DNA from: Basidiobolus meristosporus CBS 931.73
Lineage: Eukaryota; Fungi; Basidiobolomycota
Reading direction: 5' to 3'
NCBI GenBank assembly: GCA_002104905.1
Contig: MCFE01000051.1
Coordinates: 131,979-195,978, forward strand
DNA length: 64,000 bases
Below, piece by piece: positions 51,300 through 60,823 of this stretch. Each line of letters opens with the position of its first letter. Within the stretch, counting starts at the first letter, position 1. The position numbers were made by a program, and so were the translations under genes. The notes under the pieces were generated by a model, which ran no database searches, was not told the origin of the DNA, and saw only the letters and a program-made list of their open reading frames with translations.

Positions 51300-51860
51300 A
51301 TATGCCTGGATCCTCTATTTGTTCAGCGAACTTTTCAGACCATTACATTTGGCTTGTTAAGAATCGAAGACTCTAACACGAAGGAAATCAGAGAGTCAGA
51401 GAGATACTTGTTGTATGATCGAGAACTTGTAAAAGTTGATGCTTTATTGTAAGCACTAGTGTGGGTTTATATATGTATGTCCTCGGGTAATAGTTTCCGT
51501 TGGTGTTGGGCAAACTTCCAAGCGGAGTGCCTGATATGCATTAAATAAAGTGCGTGTAATACCTGAAAGTGTCTTTGAAGTTGATCTGATAGATATCAGT
51601 CTTTTGGACTTGTTTGTCCGCTAACGTCTGAATTGGGATAAAGCCTAATTCGCAGCACTATTACGATTGGCTTGTTAAGAATCAGAGAGGACTATCTGGA
51701 GGATTGGTAAACCAGTGAAAGGTTGATGCTTTATTGATAGTGTTTAGAAGGACTTGTATAGCGAGAGTCTCGGGAGGAGTGCTTCCGACAACGTAGGGCA
51801 AGCTTCCAAAAGGATGGTCCGAGATGTATTAAATAATATTTGTGTCATTGAGTGTGATTG
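51300..51860. repeat. Degenerate tandem duplication, period about 290-320 bp
   Basis: Paired anchors: TTGGCTTGTTAAGAATC at 51349/51667, GTTGATGCTTTATTG at 51435/51722, GGGCAArCTTCCAA at 51508/51796, ATTAAATAA at 51540/51828. Confidence 0.8.
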
Positions 51861-52503
51861 ATCGTCAGTGTGCAATTTCAAGGTGTTCGATCAGTAGTGT
51901 TCAAGTGATCGGTAGTGACTGGCTAGGATTTAAATCACAACAGGTGTTGTAACTCCTGGTACGGATAGAGATAGAATCTCGAGAATAGTACTAAGAGCAG
52001 ATTTATTCGAAGGATCTTGGGAGATTGGGTCAAGGACGGGTTGGAGCTAATACCTTTAACTAACTGTCTGTTTCTTTTCGCGCCAGATTTTTAAGTATTC
52101 ATTAACCTTGGTTGGGCTTGGTAAGGTGGTACAATGGCAGGCACTAGTCTCGTAGGTAACGCTAACTGGATTTTCAGGCCCTAACTGTGACACAGGACTG
52201 TGTTACGTACTTAAACAGTATGGAATTAGATAACGTGTATGTTATCTCGTAGATTCGACGGGGTAGTGTAAGAATATCTCTTCAAAGATTAGGATGGTGA
52301 CTAGTAGAAATATATTCAAAATAATATTCGTTTCTACCGCTCTTCCTACTTCTAACCAAACCTAAACTATATTTGGTATTTATATCTTGTTGTGAGTCTG
52401 ATGATTTGTCTTGTTTTGCTTTTCCTTGGCTACAAAGTCGTCTTTGTATGCGTTGAAGTCACTTAACATCGACTGAATCCTTACTCCGTCACAGCTGTCG
52501 AAA

Positions 52504-52585
52504 GGTGAGATGGCCGAGTGGTCCAAGGCGCTGCGTTCAGGTCGCAGTCTCTTCGGAGGCGTGGGTTCGAACCCCACTCTCATCA
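52504..52585 (+). tRNA. tRNA-Leu(CAG), intronless
   Basis: Acceptor stem GGTGAGA/TCTCATC plus discriminator A; A box TGGCCGAGTGG; anticodon arm CTGCG-TTCAGGT-CGCAG; long variable arm; B box GGTTCGAACCC. Confidence 0.95.
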
Positions 52586-53986
52586 TTACTTTTTGATAAT
52601 GACTGAATGCTACTGCTGTAACCTTCGTTTTCATTTCAAGTACCACCTTATGATCAACAAGTATTATAAGAAATGAACCACAGTCTGCGATATTACAAAC
52701 AATGAATACAAGCCATATAGTTTTCCGTACATCGACAGCAATAAGTTAATTAGGAAAAGTACCAAGAGTAAATCTTATTGGAGCCCGCATTTATAGGAGT
52801 GGGAAGAGAGGCTGCGCAGAATGAAGTAGTTGACAGTATACTACAAGCCAGCTTACAATTTACATTTCTGGAAGCTTTTGGCAGCTTTTATAATGCTATG
52901 ATGTAGATTTCGACGGAAGCACAGCCCATCATGGCAGTTCTTTCGACAACGCCCGATTGATGCTTCCTCAATTGTTTCACCTTCATAGCCACAACCTGCT
53001 CATTTGGTTAGAATGGTATTCTCATTAGCTCCATCATACCAAGGTTGATATTGTTCGGTAAGGTGATGGTTAAGTTTGATAATCTTTGCTTTTGCTGTAA
53101 TTAATACGTTTATATAACTCGGTTGCTGACGGCATACTCGAGTAGTGTAATGAATATCAAGCTCGAAGTAAACTAGCGATTGTTATAGCAGGAGTTCTTG
53201 CTCAATCTTCTAGCATATTCATTCTCTTTGCTTTAACTTGTTTAATGGTCTCAATTGTATACAGAATACACACTTATATCACAAGAAGTATTATTGAATA
53301 TGCATAGTAGTTCATTGTAGCGTATATAATCATATCCAAGTGAGCCAAGAGATGATGACTCTAACTGTTCTCCGGGCAATCATATTTCTAGAACACATCA
53401 GTAAACCTATATGGGAACTCGTAATAATATGCATATCGTAGACTCGCGTCGCTTGATATTTGGGGATCAGTATCATGGAGGGAATGTGGATGTACTTGAG
53501 CTTGTAACTAGACCATTCCGAGTAATGCGATATCGGTTCAGAATTCCACAAAAAATTCTGTTCGAATGATCACTGAGCCAGTAACATGCTGTATACCGAA
53601 CGTAGGATATGGTGGCTGCTGAAACAAAATGGATATTGCATTCGGGATAAGTAGTAGATAAACTGATTTGGCAACCGACTTTCTGATATAGGCGGTCTCA
53701 GCTACTAAAATTGGTTAAATGATCACTCATAAGTTGATTATAGTTTCGAAATGATCTTCTTTTAGAAAATACCACTAGAAGGATAACGGGTTGATTAGGA
53801 AGAAGTTTAGAATTACCTGGATGATGACTTCATACATCCAGATTTAGTAATCGAACTGTATGGTTTAGGCAGTAGGACTGGGATTGGTTATTAGCTTAAC
53901 GAATATGGAAAAGAGCACAACCATCGTTTAGATATATAAATCAGTCGTCTCACAGGTTTGTGTCAAACCATATTCAGTATCTTGCA

Positions 53987-54991
53987 ATGGAATCCTCAAA
54001 ACTTTGCCCTCCAAATGGCTTCGTTAGCCAAGGAGCCACCGAGCTTAGACCTAGCGAAACTACCCTCAGCTTGGGCATCCCTTTATCCGCCGAAAACATC
54101 GCTTCGCTAGAACAACACATCACTCGCAGTCGTCAAGCCTCTCTCAACGCTATTCCTCACAGGAAATCCCTTTCTGGTCTTGCAACACCTGAGTTTCATC
54201 CGGATGTTGTTGCTGATGAAGACCATTTGACAATGGCCCAGATGCTTGACTGGTCTGAGTTCCGCAACCCTAAGATCTGGCGTTCAGGTGTGCATGAGCT
54301 GTTCTTGATGGCGTTATATGTATTAGTTTCCTGCGGTGTAACCGTCTGGGCTGTCCGAGTTGGAGGCCCCGTAGTGTCCCTGAATGTTGGTCTTGGTGTC
54401 TTTGTAACCCTTACTCTATTCATTATGGGTTCTGCCTCTGTCTCCGGTGCCCACTTCAATCCTCTTATTACGTGGACAGCTGTATTGACTCGCCTTTGCT
54501 CTGTTCCTCGTGCCATTATCTATTTGTTTATGCACTGCGTTGGTGCTATTCTTGGAGGGGCTCTTCTTCGTGCTGCTTGTGGTGAGGCGGTCACTAATGC
54601 AACTAAACTTGGATCCTGGGGTTTCAAGCCAGATGTTGTCACTGTCGGTCAAGCTTTCTGCCTGGAGTTCTTCTTCAGTTGGTCATATGTATGGATCACC
54701 TGGGGTACTGCCATTGATCCTAAGCAACAAAAGGTATTTGGCCCCGTTGTAGGCCCAATCTGTGTCGCATTGGCTCTTGGCTTGAATATTTACGTAAGCG
54801 GTGGTATCACTGATGGATTTGGTGGTGTCGGTGCCAACCCTGCCAAATTCCTGGGTGTGGCTGTGGCCTCTGGGAACTACCAAGAGCATTGGATCCCTTG
54901 GATCGCTCCGCTCTGTGCCAGTATTGTCCAAGGCGCCCTATACTGGGTCGCTCCTCCACATCATGAAGCTGAGAAACCAAAGAAAGATTAA
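53987..54991 (+). CDS. Aquaporin (MIP family), XIP-like, intronless
   Basis: Six hydrophobic segments; loop B SGAHFNPLIT, loop E GVGANPAKFLG, FGPVVGP; ATG at 53987. Confidence 0.92.
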   Translation: MESSKLCPPNGFVSQGATELRPSETTLSLGIPLSAENIASLEQHITRSRQASLNAIPHRKSLSGLATPEFHPDVVADEDHLTMAQMLDWSEFRNPKIWRSGVHELFLMALYVLVSCGVTVWAVRVGGPVVSLNVGLGVFVTLTLFIMGSASVSGAHFNPLITWTAVLTRLCSVPRAIIYLFMHCVGAILGGALLRAACGEAVTNATKLGSWGFKPDVVTVGQAFCLEFFFSWSYVWITWGTAIDPKQQKVFGPVVGPICVALALGLNIYVSGGITDGFGGVGANPAKFLGVAVASGNYQEHWIPWIAPLCASIVQGALYWVAPPHHEAEKPKKD

Positions 54992-56249
54992 GCCATATAG
55001 AGTACATATTCATACCATAAGCCTGTATAGTTCTTTACATAGATGTTGTCACTAACGGCAGCAACAATAATAACAACAAAATTGAATAGAGTCGATCTGA
55101 TAAAGTCGGTGCCACTTTGTTAATGTGAGTAGGGATCAATCCTGCGGCATAGCTAACTAGGCAAGATCAAATAATAAATAGAGATTCGAATAAAACGCGA
55201 TTGTTTTTACTGGAAGAGTATCTTTATTAACTTCATATCATATGCTGATAAACAAGTATATAAATGTTCAAATTTTCTTGAATCATGTCTCCTGCTGTTG
55301 TGAGTGTTCGCGTATCAATGTCCAAGCGTTTTACTGAACATCAGGAAGTCAATCGTCTCCTGTAGGTTGCGTTCTGACCGGCTTGAGGGTGCTACCATAT
55401 GCACGCTCAATAGTCAATGGCAATGTGAAATATGATGCCATTTTGGTTCTGGTACCGGGGATTAAATTGACTCTTTCACAATACTGTGAAGTATATTTAG
55501 ATTGACTGTAATGATACCATCGGAAACATGTTGGTACCGAACACCTTTTAGGGGATCAAGAGGAAGATGTGGTTGACCTTACTGGTGCTGATGTCTAGAT
55601 GACTACATTGACTCCCGTAAAAGTGGATTGTTCCACCTCCTTAAAAGCTTGGTTAAATATGAAAAATGCTCAAAACACATCACCGCTAAATTGTTTCTTG
55701 TGCTCTCTTCCTTTGTATCACTTTTGCTCTATCATTCAGAGGAGTAGTGCTTATGCAAGTAGCTGTTGTCCCCGGACTGACATTATATGATGCGGATTAC
55801 ATTGATTATTGCTCATACAATGAGGCTTATTGGGATGTCTCATTTCTTGATGATCATTGCATTATGGAATACATAAGATCTGGAAGGTCTTAGTATATAC
55901 TGAGAATGCATATTCTTGAAATTCTTTCCTCTTTCAGATTAGATCAACTGTTGATACTTTTCATGAAAGCCTGTTTAGAGCCCTGCAGGTATTTGGTCAC
56001 TGATGAAATACCAAAAGTTGTTGCAGAATAAGTAAATAGAACTTGTCCTGAAGCAAACAAAATGAGAAAATCAAAATACTTCCATGAAGAGCATATTTGA
56101 GAATATTTCATCCACATTAATGAACTTCAAGGCCAAAGCCATCCCTGTCTGGGACTATAGATAAACAATCAGAAGTTATGCACCAAAGTAGTTCTCCACT
56201 CACTGTAATTTCCTACTGACCAACCTATCATGCTTGCAATTGTGCACAC

Positions 56250-56290
56250 TTAGGGGAGAGACTGTGACCAACATGTAAATCCTTATTTCA
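56250..56290 (-). mobile_element. Degenerate stub consisting only of a retroelement 3'-terminal module (M1), preceded by one TTAGGG
   Basis: GGGGAGAGACTGTGACCAACATGTAAATCCTTATTTCA aligns with the subfamily-A terminus at 58672 and 60824. Confidence 0.7.
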
Positions 56291-56975
56291 GGGGAGGGAA
56301 AGTCACCAAGTTGGTGAAATCTTTATTTGAGTCAAGAACTAATCTAAGTACAAATAAAGAAGCCAATTAAGAAGTATAGAACCTCTCTTAATAAGTAAAC
56401 TAATTTGTGTCTTGTTTCATCTCTAATGTTTGTTTCTATAAAGTAAAGCTCATCAGGGGTAAATACAAAATTCAAGGGTTTTGGGGGAAGTAGCAAATTG
56501 TAGGTGATTATGATCAGTATAATCCAAGACTGGAACCTAGCCTGGGATTAGGTGTAGTAGGAAAGGTGTGTGGACTTGTAAGTAGCTCTGCCATATAGAT
56601 CTTAGATGGTCCTGTGCCAGTAGTCTTGGTTTCTCAGCTTTTTGAAGTTTTGGAGCAATCTCTGTTACTACAGCAGAGCCTACCAGGGTGTGCCAGCAAG
56701 AAGATTTCAGGGAGGAGTTAGATTTAAGCCATTGTTTGATGGAGGGGTTATGTGATTTCTGAAGCTTCACTAGGAAGGAAGCATGGAGATAGACCATTTG
56801 GATTTGGTATAGGTAGAGCCCAAAGGCTCCATTAGTTGCATGGATATAGGGAGATACTGGAAGATAAGGTACCAAGGATCTGATACACTGATGGAGAAAT
56901 TTATCCAGGCAGTGAAGTTCTCTGGAGGTTAGGGGTATAATGTGGAGACCAAACTCAAGTACCAGCAGTACATAC
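56291..56975 (-). mobile_element. Non-LTR retroelement, divergent subfamily B: RT-ORF C-terminus + 3' terminal module (M2)
   Basis: VLEFGL..LDKF..CI.SLVP.LP..PY..GAFG..CW.T...EKP.L..L..WQ.YLQ.HTPF aligns with the C-terminus of the 58731-60059 ORF; carries a nonsense codon. Confidence 0.85.
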
Positions 56976-57486
56976 TGTTGTAAAAATTTGTAATTCCACC
57001 TAAATATTCACCTAACTTAGTCACTTGGATCATTACCCTTAAATCCTAGAGAATACTGACTAAATTCCTTGCCGGGATTTACTTAGAATATTTTCATCAA
57101 AAAACCAGGTACTCAGAACATGAAAATTCTCAAGGTTGTCCAAACAGCCCCAAACTTTGCACACATGTTCTTGGGACCTTCCTTAACCTATTCTACATGT
57201 TTGTAATGCCCAGACCAGGTAAAAGTATAAATACTACTTTTACATTCAATATATCATTAAGTGAAAACCACATAATCTACTTGTCCTCCCAATCACCTCC
57301 AATATCTCCAAGACTCTTACAACAGGTTATGAGCCCCAAGCTGTCACTCTCTGCAATGTCTACCACTGCTATTACTGGAATTTTCCCTCTGCTGAAAAGT
57401 TGGACGGATCTTACTACCAAGTGTGGAAGGTGAAGATGAAGATGCTGCTACAAGAATGAGGCCTTTGGGATATTGTCATGGGAGAA
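56976..57486 (+). mobile_element. Ty1/Copia fragment: 5' LTR (56976-57324), PBS and truncated gag
   Basis: LTR bounded by perfect TGTTGTAA...TTACAACA. PBS GGTTATGAGCCC follows immediately at 57325. Gag start AEKLDGSYYQVWKVKMKMLLQE*GLWDIVMGE carries a frameshift and a stop. Confidence 0.88.
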
Positions 57487-58364
57487 GAACACAGCTGATT
57501 GCTCACTTGGGTGCTGAATTCTTGCTTGTGGATCCAGAAACAGAGACCTGACAAGGAGGGTGAAAGATTTACTGGAGAAGCATTGCCACTTGGACCAAAG
57601 CAGATTTCTGTCAACTGAATCAAAGGCCTTAGTAATATCAAACAGAACAGAGGGATACTTGCACTGGAGAGAGTGATCTTGGCTAAGTATGACTGCATAT
57701 TCCAGGGAGAGGCCAGGAACAAAGCCAAACTGTGCAAGGTGAAACTTGAGGGAGTCAGAGTAGAGCTCCTGAGCAAGCAGAAGCTCAAACACCTTTCTGC
57801 AGGTGGGCAGCAGAGATATTGGCCAGTAGGAGCTAGGATCCCGGTGCTTTCCATTACCCTTGTACTGTGGCAGAACATTTGCAAAGGACCATTCTTCAGG
57901 AGTAGAAAGCTGGGCTGAGCATTGTTGAAACAGTGGAAGCAGAAGTGCAGACATGGCCTTGGTACTAGTCTTCAGAAGCTCATAGGAGATTGTGTCCACA
58001 CCTGGAGCAGTAGAGTTGGGAAGCCTCTTGAGCACATTATGGATTCTCCCTTGATCAAGTGCAAGTGGGATGGGCAGAGTCTTGAAGTCAGGATGAAAGC
58101 CAGGAGTTGAGTACTGCTTTGTAGAGAAGAAGATGTTAGCCAGCTGTTCTGTTGAAGGTAACTTCCTGGAAGAGGGCCTCATTGCCCTGTAGAGTCTTGA
58201 CACTGTTCTTATTATAGAGTTGGAAGATTGCAGAGGCAAAGAACTCATAATATGATCCCAGAGCTGAGTATGCAGAGTGTGGTGAATTGCCTTGGAGTGG
58301 TGTATGGCTGTCAGGAGGAGTTTCTCTATTTTTGGATTTGGGAAACTCAGGTAGCTTTGCTGCA
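57487..58364 (-). mobile_element. Non-LTR retroelement subfamily A, internal RT fragment (both ends lost)
   Basis: APGVDTISYELLK, W.FANV.P.YKG, PISLL..KVFE, QFGF..G.S, DITKAFDSVD; roughly 95% identical by eye to 59753-60216. Confidence 0.9.
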
Positions 58365-58662
58365 GGGGGATGATAATCACCACAGGGTGAAATCTTTATT
58401 TAAATCATAAATAAAAAAGCCAAGTTTGTATATGAATATTTGAGATGCAGAAAGCTTACAAGATAAACTTGGACTTTGCTGTATCCCAAATATCCTCAAT
58501 ATCAAAGTCTAAAGGAGAATGTAGCAAATCTGCTTGTTCACTGTAGTATTTCTTGCGGAAGTTTGTGACTTTCAACAAGCTGGTAAACCTTTTGAAGAGT
58601 TCTTTTTCCAGAGAGAATGGTACAAAGAGTGGAATGTCTAAATGATGTCTGAATACATGCTC
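58365..58662 (-). mobile_element. ORF1-like-only unit, divergent copy: ORF-X C-terminus + terminal module (M3)
   Basis: EHVFRHHLDIPLFVPFSLEKELFKRFTSLLK..KKYYSEQADLLHSP..WDTA is homologous to 60343-60823 and is followed directly by the terminal module. Confidence 0.8.
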
Positions 58663-58671
58663 TTAGGGTTA

Positions 58672-60216
58672 GGGGGAGACAGTCACCAACAGGTGAAATC
58701 TTTATTTCAGTTGAAACAAAGAAGCCAGCGCTACTGTTGTAGCTTTGATACAAGAGTGTGTAGCTGAGGGGAATTTGTAGGTAAGTTAATAAGAAGTGAT
58801 GATAGTACTTCAGTGCTCAAGACACTGTTCAGTGGGAAGGGGCGTAGCAAGAGAGGTAAGAATGACTTGTGAACAACATTAATGAGGGGAATGTGATAAG
58901 GATTGATATTCATCATAAAGGGAGTGTGCTGCTGCAGATATTGCTGCCAAAGGTCTGTCAAGTACTTTAGGTAGGCCAGCTTGGGCTTTTCTGACTGCAG
59001 AATATAGTGAGCAAACTTCTTGACTTCAGGATCTCCAAGTATAGTTCTCCAGCAGGAGTCAGGTGTTGTGTGGTGTGTTCTCTTCCAGGCCTTAATCAGT
59101 GGGTTGTTGCAGTTGTGAAGTCTGAGGTATAATCTGGTTCTAAGGTAGAGAAGTCTGATCTTATAGGGCATAAACCCAAAAGCACCAAGAATAGCATGTC
59201 TGTAGGGGCATTCAGGCAAATGAGGCACCAAGGAGGTAATGCACCATACTGCAAACTTGTCAAGCTTAGTGCAGTCTCTAGAAGTAAGAGAGAGAAGTGG
59301 TAAGCCAAATTCCAGGACAGGGAAGACAAACTGCTTGAGTAGAAGGAGGCAGCTGGGAGCTGAAGTTGTAGGAGGAGTAACAGCCAGTAGCTTGTGGAGT
59401 GCCTGTCTTGCCAGGATAATTCTCTTCTTCAGGTGTGCTCCAGAGTCTAGTCCAGTAGGAAGGAAAGGAAAGCCAAGATACGTAGCAGAAACCTGGCCAG
59501 GTAGAGTGGAGTTCTCCAAGTTGATGGGAGAGCCCAAAGGTACTGTCTTTGCAATGGAAAGCTGGAGATTATTCTTCTGCAGATACTGGTGGATGGTCTG
59601 GGAGTCTTGTTGCACATTGGAGGAGGATATTCTGATGTCATCAGCAAAGAGAGTAACCAGGCAGTCAGCTGAGAGTCTTGGGAAATCATTCAGGAAGATG
59701 GCAAACAGTATAGGACCAAGCACAGAGCCTTGAACCACTCCATTAGGAACTGAGAACACAGCTGATTGCTCACTTGGGTGCAGAATTCTTGCTTGTGGAT
59801 CCAGAAACAGAGATCTGACAAGGAGGGTGAGAGAGGTACTGGAGAAGCATTGCAACTTGGACCAAAGCAGATTTCTGTCAACTGAATCAAAGGCCTTAGT
59901 AATATCCAACAGAACAGAGGGATACTTGCACTGGAGAGAGTGATCTTGGCTAAGTATGACTGCATACTCCAAGGAGAGGCCAGGAATAAAGCCAAACTGT
60001 GCAGGATGAAACTTGAGGGAGTCAGAGTAGAGCTCCTGAGCAAGCAGAAGCTCAAACACCTTTCTGCAGGTGGGCAGCAGATATATTGGCCTGTAGGAGC
60101 TAGGATCCAGGTGCTTTCCTTTACCCTTGTACAGTGGCAGAACATTTGCAAAAGACCATTCCTCAGGAGTAGAAAGCTGGGCTGAGCATTGCTGAAACAG
60201 TGGAAGCAGAAGTGCA
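58672..60216 (-). mobile_element. Non-LTR retroelement subfamily A, 5'-truncated; RT frame open to its stop, plus terminal module (M4)
   Basis: About 495 open codons: YRPI.LL, QFGF, LDITKAFDSVD, GVVQGSVLGPILF, FADD, YLG; no CCHC/REL endonuclease motif at the C-terminus; stop at 58731. Confidence 0.93.
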
Positions 60217-60823
60217 GGGGAGGGAAAGTCACCAAGGTAGGTGAAATCTTTATTTGATTGCAGACAAGTCTAACTACAAATAAAGAAGCCAGCTGGGAAT
60301 AGAAGATTCCCAAAGTAAACACAAAGTTGAATATGAATAAATCTAAGCTAAAGTTAAAGCAGTATCCCAGAGTACACTGGAGTTCAGGTTCATGGGGGAG
60401 TGAAGTAGATAAGCTTGAGAGATATAATAATCTTTGAGGAAGTGGGTAACAGCAGGTGAAGGGGAGTTTTTGGTAAGTGAAGTGAATCTTGAGAGCAGAG
60501 ATTCCTCTAATGAGAAGGTCTTGTAAACTGGAGAATCAGGAAACTCTTTGAAGGCATGGTCAGTAGGTTCCCAGTAAAACTGGTCAGAGACATTTTGAGA
60601 GAATTGTTTAGCAATACTTTTGTCAAGTACTACCTCCAGAGTGTGATGGTTGATAAACCTCATGTTAACAATCTTGGACAAATTGTAACCTTGTTGCTTG
60701 AGATACATCCTATGCTCAGATATAGGAATAAACTCCACATTGGCAAAGTAGCAGACAGCCCAGTCAGTAGCAGGAGGCAAATCAGAAGTGGCAGGAAACT
60801 TTCTTTTGGTCTTGGGAGGAGCA
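60217..60823 (-). mobile_element. ORF1-like-only unit (ORF-X, 5'-truncated) + terminal module (M5)
   Basis: About 160 open codons (YFANVEFIPISEHRMYLKQQGYNLSKIVNMRFINHHTLEV...WDTA); stop at 60343. About 85 bp of terminal sequence is nearly identical to M2. Confidence 0.8.

Noticed and set aside
52504-52585. Possible CUG-Ser/Ala codon reassignment signalled by a CAG-anticodon tRNA
   Set aside because: Discriminator A73 and the overall sequence are Leu-type, and conserved Leu positions in the genes use CTG normally.
52650-53900. Coding-like frames with few stops between the tRNA and the aquaporin
   Set aside because: No recognisable family; mentioned only as part of the graveyard zone.
55100-56200. 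Possible F-box-like pseudogene on the minus strand
   Set aside because: The resemblance (VDEIFSNML..FVC) is too weak to call.
60217-60260. NKDFTYLG reading of module M5 in frame with the downstream RT, resembling RT domain 7
   Set aside because: The frame is not preserved in the other module copies (loop indels), so it is coincidental.
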